32,000 bases of DNA from Clostridiales bacterium UBA5888 (lineage in GTDB: Bacteria > Bacillota > Clostridia > Oscillospirales > Oscillospiraceae), in assembly GCA_002431965.1 (NCBI GenBank), contig DJEW01000011.1, forward strand, positions 96,854 to 128,853. Reading direction: 5' to 3'. Below are positions 25,172-32,000 of the stretch, piece after piece. Each line of letters starts with the position of its first letter. Position 1 is the stretch's first letter. Under the pieces are notes generated by a model. That model saw only the letters and a program-made list of their open reading frames with translations, had not been told where the DNA came from and did not search any database. Position numbers and translations under genes: made by a program.

Positions 25172-27349
25172 ATGGGCTTTTTTTCATCCTTGCAAAAGCG
25201 TGTGCGCAGCGCCTCCGGCTGGAGCGCGTGGAGCGCGCTGGGCGGCGCGGATTATGTCGCCGAAAGCGGGAAGTGCGTGGTATACCGCGTGCAGGCAAAC
25301 TACGCCGCCGGTGATAGCGGCATCGCCGCGCTTTCGATAGGCACAAATTTCGTCAATCCGCTGACCTCCGGCACGGCAGCGGCGGCAGCGTGCTATCTTT
25401 ACGGCTCTGACCCAACGGCGGGCGGCGACGCCGCCGTGACGAGCCCGCCCGGCGGATATATTGCCTCCGCGAGCGCCGAGTTTTCCGCAAGCAACGTGGG
25501 AAGCTATATTCTTTTCGCCTTTCCGGAGATTTCGGGAACGCCGGAGGCGCTGTACTTCTGGTTTACATCGTCCGTCGGCACTGACGCTTACGGCAGCAAT
25601 CAGATATACCACTATGCCACCGGCAACTGGAACGCCGCGCTGGAAACCGGCACGCGCACCCCGGCAATATACGGCGGGCTGACCGGCGATCCGGGCGGCA
25701 GCGGCGGTACTGCCGGCGTTGACCGCTTCACGATAAAGGACTGCGGCACGAGGATGGATATGCCGCAGTCGCCGTGGACGGGCACGATGTCGATGGGCGT
25801 GGGCGAGGTCGGGCGTATACGCTTCAGCTTTGACTTCTCCGTGCAGACGGAGGTATCCGTCACGAGCAGCGGCGGCGCGGCGGCGCTGACGCGCCTTTAC
25901 ATCTCGACAGATCCCGATATTGACGAATCGACCGGACATCCTGTCAGCACCGTGCTGCAATTCGATGCGGACGGCTCTCTCTCTGCGGCGCGCCTTGCGA
26001 GAGGAAAGACGTATTATCTTTTTGCCCTCTTTGACGGCGGGATAAACGCGGGCAGCGTGTCGTTCGCATTCACGCCTGGCGCGCAATGCTGGTATGAGGG
26101 CGACCGCGCGGCGTATACGCGCCTTGCCGCCGATCCGGCGCACTCCGTGACGCTTGGCGCTGGACGCTACAGCGTGATAAGCCTGACGTTCGCAAATTCC
26201 GGCACGGCGCGGTTTTACACCGGCAGCACCGCGATCGAAAGACCGTTTTTCGTCTATGGCTACCTCAGTGAGGAATATAATTTTGACAATTCCGACGGCG
26301 TGTGCGACCCATGCCTGAAAATGGGGCACGGCAGCGTGGAAACAGGCGATCCGCCTGATTATGACATGGAGTATGCCGTCACGGCGGGCAGAACATATTA
26401 TCTTTTTACGCGAAGCTGCTCGGCGGACGTGCCGGTTTCTGCGGCGGTGCATATCGTTCCGCCCGCCGCGCCGTCGGGATACGTCCTCGTCTCAAAGCCC
26501 GCCGCGACGGATGCGGCGGCAGACATCTCATATGACGAGGAGTGCACGCGCTACACCGTGCGTGAGCAGAAAGTGAGCTTTCGCTACCGCGGCACGGCGT
26601 GCATCCGCGCGGCGTCGCCCGCCGGAGGCGGCACAGCGGAGCTGAGAGCATACGTGAGCGCAGCGCACGGCGTTGACCTTGCGACCGGCACGCCTACGGC
26701 ACAGGTGCTCGCACAGACGGCGGGAGTTTCGACTGCGGCGGATGTGACTTTCTTTGCCGAGGAGGGGCGGGAATACTGGGTGTACATCACGGCGGAGGAG
26801 CTGCTGTACGCACCGTCCGCCAGACTCGGCATATACATCCAGAGCCCGCCCGTGCGGCGGTACGCCGTGACGGAGACGGCAGAATATGCAAGCATTGCCG
26901 CGGAAACGGAGCACCCGGCCTCTCCGGGAGAGAGCGGAATAGTACGGCTGGAGCTGACATTTAAGAAGAGCGGCGCCGTGCTGTTTTCAAGCACCGACGC
27001 CGCGGGGACGCACACGCGCCTTGCGGGCGCGCTCAGCCGCGGGACGGATATTTTCCCTGCCACAGGAGACCCCGTTTCCCCTGCGCTCGCCTCGGGTACA
27101 GGGACGCAGACGCACTATTCCTTTGCCGCGCTCGTTGAGGCAGGAGTGACATATTATTTTTTCAGCCGGGATATGTGGCTTTACGCTGCGCCCGCTTTCA
27201 CCATACACATAACGCCCGTGCCCGGCGCGATGCATATTCTCGCCGGCGGAGAAGAGAAAAACGCCCTGCCGTATATATACGTGTCGGGCGCGTGGCGCAC
27301 TGCCGCGCCCATGCTGTATTCTGCCGGCAGGTGGCGCACGGGAATATAG
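25172..27349 (+). CDS. Putative tail fibre / receptor-binding protein with four tandem ~126-aa beta-sandwich-like modules
   Basis: 725 aa with a GAGGAG SD. The module-end motif recurs with a regular period: TYYLF at 26009, TYYLF at 26393, EYWVY at 26771, TYYFF at 27149. Confidence 0.65.
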   Translation: MGFFSSLQKRVRSASGWSAWSALGGADYVAESGKCVVYRVQANYAAGDSGIAALSIGTNFVNPLTSGTAAAAACYLYGSDPTAGGDAAVTSPPGGYIASASAEFSASNVGSYILFAFPEISGTPEALYFWFTSSVGTDAYGSNQIYHYATGNWNAALETGTRTPAIYGGLTGDPGGSGGTAGVDRFTIKDCGTRMDMPQSPWTGTMSMGVGEVGRIRFSFDFSVQTEVSVTSSGGAAALTRLYISTDPDIDESTGHPVSTVLQFDADGSLSAARLARGKTYYLFALFDGGINAGSVSFAFTPGAQCWYEGDRAAYTRLAADPAHSVTLGAGRYSVISLTFANSGTARFYTGSTAIERPFFVYGYLSEEYNFDNSDGVCDPCLKMGHGSVETGDPPDYDMEYAVTAGRTYYLFTRSCSADVPVSAAVHIVPPAAPSGYVLVSKPAATDAAADISYDEECTRYTVREQKVSFRYRGTACIRAASPAGGGTAELRAYVSAAHGVDLATGTPTAQVLAQTAGVSTAADVTFFAEEGREYWVYITAEELLYAPSARLGIYIQSPPVRRYAVTETAEYASIAAETEHPASPGESGIVRLELTFKKSGAVLFSSTDAAGTHTRLAGALSRGTDIFPATGDPVSPALASGTGTQTHYSFAALVEAGVTYYFFSRDMWLYAAPAFTIHITPVPGAMHILAGGEEKNALPYIYVSGAWRTAAPMLYSAGRWRTGI
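25700..27225 (+). repeat. Protein-level tandem repeat: four divergent modules of 126-128 codons (boundaries approximate)
   Basis: Motif spacing is 384, 378 and 378 nt. Each module follows the pattern 'FxxxGTA-F-(S/T)...L-AY(L/V)S...TG-P...G-TYY(L/F)F...-I-I-P'. Confidence 0.6.
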
Positions 27350-27380
27350 AGAAACACACATCGAGAGGGAGGAAAGAAAA

Positions 27381-28388
27381 TTGACGGACGAAGAGAAGAG
27401 GCTTGAACGCGAGAAGGAAGCGGCGTATGGATCCGCCGCGCGCCCGGAGTATGCCGGAAGCCATGAAAAGGAGCTGAGCGACGCCTATGATGCGCTGACA
27501 AAGCGCGGAGAGTTCAGCTATGACCTGGGAAGCGACGCGCTTTATAAGCACTACCGCGACGATTATGTACGCCGGGGCAGACTTGCCATGCGCGACACGG
27601 CGGGTCAGGCATCGGCGCTGACGGGCGGTTATGCGTCCAGCTACGCCGAGGGCGTGGGGCAGCAGAGGTACGACGAATACCTCCAGCAGCTCGGGGCGAT
27701 CGTGCCGGAGCTGTACTCGATCGCGTACAGCCGCTATCAGGACGAGGGCGACGCCCTGCGTGAGCGCTATGACCTTGCCGAGGGCCTGCGCGACAGAGAG
27801 TATAAGGCCTACTCCGACGCGCTCGACGATTATAATAACGCCCAGCAGCTTGCCTATGAACGTGAGCAGGAAGAGCTGGAACGCGAGAGCAGGGAGCGCG
27901 AGAGCGAATACCAGCGCCGCCAGAGCGAAGCGGCGGCGCGCGCCAAGTACGGCGATTTCGGCGGGTATGCCGCGCTCTACGGCGACGAGACGGCAGAGCA
28001 GATGAAAAACTACTGGATAGCTTCCAATCCCGGCGCGGCTTACGGCATGGGGCTGATCACTGCCGAGCGTTATTTTGCCATGACCGGAGGGACGGCATCC
28101 GGCTCGGGTGCAAGCACAAAAAGCTCAGCTTCACGCGGCTCGTATTACCCGTCCACCGCGCCCGACGGCAGGGATGCTTCCGTCGTGCAGCGCGAGCTGA
28201 GAAACAAGGGGTACAACATCGCAGTGGACGGCGCCTGGGGCGAGAGAAGCCAGAGAGCGTGGGACAAGGAGTACGGCAGCGGAGGGAGCGGCACAGCCGC
28301 GCGCTCCAAAAGCAGCGGGAAATCAACCGGTACGCGCACCGGCAGCGCTACGGCGGGCACATCAGGCAGAGCAAAGGCGCTGCGCTGA
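27381..28388 (+). CDS. Coiled-coil structural protein with a C-terminal peptidoglycan-binding-like domain (candidate internal/ejection or wall-anchoring protein)
   Basis: 335 aa; TTG start 8 nt after GGGAGG. It has a Tyr/Glu/Arg-rich helical region. The segment RDASVVQRELRNKGYNIAVDGAWGERSQRAWDKEYG resembles PG_binding_1. The tail is Ser/Gly/Thr/Arg-rich and low in complexity. Confidence 0.6.
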   Translation: MTDEEKRLEREKEAAYGSAARPEYAGSHEKELSDAYDALTKRGEFSYDLGSDALYKHYRDDYVRRGRLAMRDTAGQASALTGGYASSYAEGVGQQRYDEYLQQLGAIVPELYSIAYSRYQDEGDALRERYDLAEGLRDREYKAYSDALDDYNNAQQLAYEREQEELERESRERESEYQRRQSEAAARAKYGDFGGYAALYGDETAEQMKNYWIASNPGAAYGMGLITAERYFAMTGGTASGSGASTKSSASRGSYYPSTAPDGRDASVVQRELRNKGYNIAVDGAWGERSQRAWDKEYGSGGSGTAARSKSSGKSTGTRTGSATAGTSGRAKALR

Positions 28389-28400
28389 CAGGACAGGCAC

Positions 28401-29660
28401 ATGAGAAAAAGCACGTATTATATTGAGCTGGACATAGAGCGCCGCGGGGCGCAGGGCTGCATGTCCGTCCGGCAGGGCGAGAGCGGGCGGCGGCTTGTTG
28501 CGGCGCTGATGAGCGGGGGAAGACCGTATGACCCGGGAGAGGACTGCTATGCCGTGCTCGCCGGGACGAAGAGCGACGGCACGACGCTCTTCAACGGCTG
28601 CGCCATCTCGCACGGGCGCGTGACATATGAGCTGACCGCGCAGACGACTGCGGCGCTCGGGCGCGTTGAGTGCGAGGTGAGAGTATACTCCGCCGCAGGA
28701 GAGCTCATCATATCGCCGGCGTTCACGCTCATGGTTTTTCAGCCAAAGGTCGAAGAGAGCGGCATAACCTCCGCTGCGGAGGTCACGGCGCTCACGGAGC
28801 TCATCGCGGATGCGCGCGAGGCGATAGAGACGAGCCGCAGCGGCGGAGTTGAAGCGGCAGAGGCACATGTGGACGCGCTCAGCGGCACGCCGGCGGTGAG
28901 CGTTCAGCTTGGCGAAAAGAGCGGGAAAAAGACGCTGAGCTTTCTCTTCTCCGGACTCAGAGGAGAAAAGGGAGAGCAGGGGGCGCGCGGGGAAAAGGGC
29001 GATGCCGGGCAGCCCGGCACGCCCGGCGAGAAAGGCAACCCGGGGGATAGAGGCGAGAAAGGCGATCCCGGCGCGCCGGGCGAAAAAGGCGAGCGCGGCG
29101 ATAGGGGTGAAAAGGGCGAGCGCGGGGAAAAGGGCGATGCGTTCACCGTACTTGGCTTTTTTGACAGCCTTGAGGCGCTCACAGCTGCGGTGAGCGCGCC
29201 CGCCGCGGGCGAGGCATACGGCGTGGGCGCGGCAAAGCCCTATGACATATATATTTACGACGCGGCGCGGGCGGAGTGGGTGAACAACGGCCCGCTTCAG
29301 GGCGCGAAGGGAGACAAGGGCGAAAAAGGCGACGCATTCACGTTCGCGGATTTCACGACCGAGCAGCTCGCGTCTCTGCGCGGCGCGGACGGCGCGCCGG
29401 GCGAAAAGGGCGAGAAGGGCGATCCCGGGCAGCCCGGAGCGGACGGCGCACCCGGCGAGAAAGGCGAGCGCGGCGAAAAGGGTGAAAAGGGCGATCCCGG
29501 CGCTGCGGGCGCGGACGGCGCGCCGGGGGAAAAGGGCGAACGCGGCGAGAACGGCTATACCCCGGTGCGCGGCGTGGATTACTGCACCGCTGCCGACAAA
29601 GCGGAGCTTGTCTCCGCCGTGCTCGCCGCCCTGCCGGATGGAGATGTGCAGAGCTATTAG
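28401..29660 (+). CDS. Tail fibre with a BppU-like N-terminal domain and collagen-like Gly-X-Y tracts
   Basis: The N-terminal 115 aa ([19 protein letters not shown]...LAGTKSDGT...[23 protein letters not shown]...ISPAFTLMV) fit the BppU_N pattern. Three G-X-Y blocks are rich in GEKGD/GERG. Confidence 0.8.
   Translation: MRKSTYYIELDIERRGAQGCMSVRQGESGRRLVAALMSGGRPYDPGEDCYAVLAGTKSDGTTLFNGCAISHGRVTYELTAQTTAALGRVECEVRVYSAAGELIISPAFTLMVFQPKVEESGITSAAEVTALTELIADAREAIETSRSGGVEAAEAHVDALSGTPAVSVQLGEKSGKKTLSFLFSGLRGEKGEQGARGEKGDAGQPGTPGEKGNPGDRGEKGDPGAPGEKGERGDRGEKGERGEKGDAFTVLGFFDSLEALTAAVSAPAAGEAYGVGAAKPYDIYIYDAARAEWVNNGPLQGAKGDKGEKGDAFTFADFTTEQLASLRGADGAPGEKGEKGDPGQPGADGAPGEKGERGEKGEKGDPGAAGADGAPGEKGERGENGYTPVRGVDYCTAADKAELVSAVLAALPDGDVQSY
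28953..29138 (+). repeat. Collagen-like G-X-Y tract 1 (about 20 triplets)
   Basis: [62 protein letters not shown]. The DNA is made of reiterated GGCGA(A/G)AA(A/G)GGCGA units. Confidence 0.9.
29382..29555 (+). repeat. Collagen-like G-X-Y tract 3 (about 19 triplets); a short tract 2 lies at 29301-29333
   Basis: [58 protein letters not shown]. It shares near-identical GGCGCGCCGGG(C/G)GAAAAGGGCGA segments with tract 1. Confidence 0.9.
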
Positions 29661-29698
29661 CATGACGGGTCGTGCCAACAGCCATAAGGAGGATTTTT

Positions 29699-30592
29699 AT
29701 GAGCATAATCACAACGGACAGCGCACGTTACAGCGCCATTGCCGCCGCGATCCGCGCGAAAAACGGAGAGACGGAGCAGTACACCCCTGCCGAGATGGCG
29801 GCGAAGATAGCCGCCATCACCACGGGCGCGGAGCTGGATTACGCCGTCGTCTGCGCGGATGAGCGTCCCGCAGCGGCCGTGAAGAACACCCTGTGGGTGG
29901 AGGAGGGTAACACCACGAGCAACGTGTACTTCTCATGGAATGCACCGCAGACGCCCGCGGCAAATACACTCTGGGTGGAGCAGGGAATGCCGTCCATGAC
30001 GCCGTTTGACCCGATAAAAAACGGAGGCATCACCGTGTATCCCCGCCGCGTCAAGCAGTACAAGGCGTCTGCAAATAAATGGACGCTGCGCCGCGCGCAG
30101 CTTTACGACGGCGCGGCGTGGACGGATCTGAGCACGCCCGCGTACAGCTATGGCGACGAATGCAGCGACCTGTCCGGCGGGTGGAAGGTGGAAGCGGCGT
30201 CGTGGGAAGGCGCGGGTTCGGGCATCATAGCAAGTATAACAAAAAATGCCGACCATATTTTTATCACCGGGCAGAGCTACAGTGTGAAAAACGGCAGCGG
30301 ATACCGCATGAGAAACATCACACCGATCGACCTGACGGATGTGGAGAGAATTGGCATATGCGTGAGCGAGCTGACCGGGCAGGGCATATTCGGCGTGCTG
30401 CCGCAGGGGGAAACGTACATGGATCTGAGCATATCTCAGACCGTGACCGGCGCGGACGGCACGACACCTGCGGAGACGAGCATGGATGTGAGCGGAATGA
30501 CAGGACTGCACTATATCTGCCTGCTCATGCGGTGTACAGAGGCAAAGGTGATGACGCTGAAGGCGAAGGTGCACAGATGCTGGATATACTGA
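29699..30592 (+). CDS. Putative tail fibre / receptor-binding accessory protein
   Basis: 297 aa. The start is set at the ATG at 29699 after an AAGGAGG SD. The N-terminal motif TDSARYSAIAAAIRAKNGETEQYTPAEMAAKI is one I associate with Clostridia prophage fibre-region proteins. The C-terminus is beta-rich. Confidence 0.55.
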   Translation: MSIITTDSARYSAIAAAIRAKNGETEQYTPAEMAAKIAAITTGAELDYAVVCADERPAAAVKNTLWVEEGNTTSNVYFSWNAPQTPAANTLWVEQGMPSMTPFDPIKNGGITVYPRRVKQYKASANKWTLRRAQLYDGAAWTDLSTPAYSYGDECSDLSGGWKVEAASWEGAGSGIIASITKNADHIFITGQSYSVKNGSGYRMRNITPIDLTDVERIGICVSELTGQGIFGVLPQGETYMDLSISQTVTGADGTTPAETSMDVSGMTGLHYICLLMRCTEAKVMTLKAKVHRCWIY

Positions 30593-31275
30593 AGCAGCGG
30601 ACGATAGACGCCGCCGTGGAGACGGCGCGCGCCATCGCTGCTGACAGCGCGCACGGATATGACCAGCAAAACCGCTGGGGACCGGATTTTGATTGCAGCA
30701 GTCTTGTCATTCATGCGTGGCGCGAGGCGGGTGTGCCTTTGCAGTGCACGTATACCGGCGATATGCGCGGGGACATGCTGCGCCGCGGCTTTGCCGATGT
30801 TACAGAGAGCATCGGGTGCGAGAGCGGGGCGGGGCTTGAACGCGGGGATGTGCTTTTGAACTGCGCGCGGCACACGGCGCTCTATATCGGCGGCGGACGC
30901 CTTGTCCACGCGAGCGCCGACGAGCGCGGCGCGGCGCGCGGCGGCGTGACGGGCGATCAGACGGGGTGCGAGATCTGCGAAAGGGCGTATTTCAACTATC
31001 CGTGGGACTTTGTGCTGCGCTATATGGGAGGCGGTAACGCCGCGCCGGGCGTGCGAAAGCTCCGCTACGACGGGGGAAGCGCATATATGAGCGGCGAGGA
31101 TGTATACGCCGCGCAGCATCTCCTGCGCGCCGCGGGCTATATGCCGGCGCCCGACGGCGAGTACGGCGGCGAGACGCGCGCGGCGGTGGAGGCATTCCAG
31201 AAATGCCGCGGCCTTGCGCCGGACGGAATATGCGGCGCGGCGACATGGGCGGCGCTTACGGAGGTCAGGGCATGA
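30577..31275 (+). CDS. Endolysin: papain-fold (NlpC/P60- or Amidase_5-like) cell-wall hydrolase with a C-terminal PG_binding_1 domain
   Basis: Candidate catalytic Cys in FDCSSLVIHAW and His in ARHTALYIGGG, plus GDQTGCEI...WDFVLRY. The C-terminus reads GEDVYAAQHLLRAAGYMPAPDGEYGGETRAAVEAFQKCRGLAPDGICGAATWAAL. The start is moved from the track's 30079 to the ATG at 30577. Confidence 0.8.
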   Translation: MLDILKQRTIDAAVETARAIAADSAHGYDQQNRWGPDFDCSSLVIHAWREAGVPLQCTYTGDMRGDMLRRGFADVTESIGCESGAGLERGDVLLNCARHTALYIGGGRLVHASADERGAARGGVTGDQTGCEICERAYFNYPWDFVLRYMGGGNAAPGVRKLRYDGGSAYMSGEDVYAAQHLLRAAGYMPAPDGEYGGETRAAVEAFQKCRGLAPDGICGAATWAALTEVRA

Positions 31276-31529
31276 GCGAGGCGGTGATAGTGGCGCTGCT
31301 GGGCTTTGCAGGAACGCTTACGGGCGCGTACCTGGCAAATAAAAAGACAAGCGCCGTTATAGCCTACAGGCTGGAGGCGCTTGAGAAAAAGGTGGACAGG
31401 CATAACAGCGTCGTCGAGCGCACTTACGAGCTGGAAAAGCGCGCGGCGCTCACGGCGGAGCAAATAAAGGTCGCCAACCACCGCATAGACGATCTTGAAC
31501 ATATTTCAGCGGAAAAGGAGAAACAATAA
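31272..31529 (+). CDS. XhlA-like lysis-associated membrane protein (one N-terminal TM plus coiled coil)
   Basis: 85 aa with ATGA coupling to the endolysin. TM VIVALLGFAGTLTGAYLA is followed by the helical LEALEKKVDRHNSVVERTYELEKRAALTAEQIKVANHRIDDLE. Confidence 0.55.
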   Translation: MSEAVIVALLGFAGTLTGAYLANKKTSAVIAYRLEALEKKVDRHNSVVERTYELEKRAALTAEQIKVANHRIDDLEHISAEKEKQ

Positions 31530-31726
31530 TGAAAATGGACTGGATAAACATACTTGAACGCGCGGCATGGACATTCGCGGAGGGATTTCTTGTGGCGCTG
31601 CCTGCCGCCTCCGCGATAGGCGCGGACGCCGCAGCGTGGAAAGCGGCGCTCATGGGCGCAGCCATGGCGGGGCTGAGCGCACTGAAAACCTTCGCCATCG
31701 AGCTTATCCGCACGATGGACGTATAA
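31529..31726 (+). CDS. Putative holin (two hydrophobic helices, 65 aa)
   Basis: TAATG coupling and a GGAG SD. The segment ERAAWTFAEGFLVALPAA...AALMGAAMAGLSALKTFAIELIR resembles small LL-H/r1t-type holins. It is the last gene of the operon. Confidence 0.6.
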   Translation: MKMDWINILERAAWTFAEGFLVALPAASAIGADAAAWKAALMGAAMAGLSALKTFAIELIRTMDV

Positions 31727-31750
31727 GAACATATCAAATAAGAATATAGC

Positions 31751-31780
31751 AAAAAACGGGCTCGACGAGCCCGTTTTTTT
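31751..31780. terminator. Bidirectional intrinsic terminator at the right end of the element
   Basis: AAAAAACGGGCTC-gac-GAGCCCGTTTTTTT: an 8-bp GC stem flanked by A6 and T7. Confidence 0.85.
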
Positions 31781-31811
31781 GCTATATAAGTAACTATAAC
31801 TGACGCTGACC

Positions 31812-32000
31812 TTAATCGTACCAGCCCGGCGCAGCGTCTGCCGCACCGGAGGAGGATTTTTCGATCTCCACATAAAATGCGGACTGCACAAGCCCTAGGA
31901 AAAGCGGCATGAATGCTGCCGCGACGAGGATCACCACGAAGTTCACGATGCCGAACAGCCAACCCAGATATGGGATCGCCGAGAGCAGCGAGAGAATGAT
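31812..32000 (-). CDS. C-terminal part of a membrane protein (continues beyond the window); presumably a host or cargo gene
   Basis: The minus-strand frame is open to the window edge. Translation is IILSLLSAIPYLGWLFGIVNFVVILVAAAFMPLFLGLVQSAFYVEIEKSSSGAADAAPGWYD, with TAA at 31814-31812. It is hydrophobic with good GC3 bias. It is absent from the track because no start codon lies in the window. Confidence 0.6.
   Translation of the reverse strand: MILSLLSAIPYLGWLFGIVNFVVILVAAAFMPLFLGLVQSAFYVEIEKSSSGAADAAPGWYD

Larger units (their letters stand above)
13400..31790. mobile_element. Phage-derived element (~18.3 kb): XRE/ImmA switch, packaging, head, tail/fibre and lysis genes; no integrase or replication genes in the window
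   Basis: About 22 contiguous, tightly coupled genes with phage functions lie between the sbcC stop (13398) and a strong terminator (31751-31780). The flanking genes look chromosomal. The boundaries are approximate. Confidence 0.8.

Noticed and set aside
28953-29555. The regularly reiterated short DNA units could superficially look like a CRISPR array or a minisatellite.
   Set aside because: The periodicity is 9 nt inside an open reading frame encoding Gly-X-Y collagen triplets. There is no repeat-spacer structure, leader or cas genes.
30079-30576. N-terminal extensions offered by the ORF track. They are 30079 for the endolysin, 31203 for the XhlA-like gene, 29672, 20561, 6209, 5358 and 1808 for other plus-strand genes, and 13879 and 14252 for the minus-strand genes.
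   Set aside because: The extensions overlap the preceding genes in another frame, encode Arg/Gly-rich noise and lack SD sites. Internal ATG or TTG codons with SDs or ATGA/TAATG coupling give products that start at conserved N-termini.
31424-31962. Minus-strand ORFs 31424-31891 and 31450-31962 spanning the right end of the element.
   Set aside because: They run through the bidirectional terminator and antisense to the holin and XhlA-like genes. The convincing minus-strand coding frame is the hydrophobic one ending at the TAA at 31814-31812.

Overview
High-GC, Clostridia-like chromosome segment; the taxon is an impression from SD sites, protein types and codon style, not verified. Bases 1-13398 hold ordinary host genes. 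These are a 5'-truncated YgjP/DUF45 metallohydrolase, a PfkB sugar kinase and a malto-oligosaccharide-type operon (LacI regulator, CUT1 ABC binding lipoprotein, two permeases, GH77 4-alpha-glucanotransferase MalQ). A convergent transglutaminase-like membrane protein and sbcD-sbcC follow. From about 13400 to about 31790 lies a compact (~18.3 kb), single-orientation phage-derived element. It starts with a leftward XRE repressor and ImmA protease pair and a divergent promoter/operator switch. Then come three tiny ORFs, large terminase, portal, scaffold, HK97-type major capsid, about nine head-completion/tail/fibre ORFs and a lysis cassette (endolysin, XhlA-like protein, holin) ending in a strong terminator. 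Inside the window I find no integrase, excisionase, Cro/antirepressor, replication genes, recognisable small terminase, tape measure, tail tube or sheath. The repressor-controlled promoter runs directly into the packaging and structural genes, and composition looks host-like. The main hypothesis is a domesticated podovirus-type particle locus, analogous in logic to PBSX or gene transfer agents. The alternative is a deletion remnant, or a prophage whose missing modules lie beyond base 32000. Secondary observations are listed as findings: a three-operator switch with a terminator-like leader, a 59-aa ORF absent from the track, a fibre protein with four ~126-aa tandem modules, a BppU-collagen fibre and a catalytic-domain-less peptidoglycan-binding structural protein. 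All family assignments come from remembered motifs and need HMM or BLAST confirmation.
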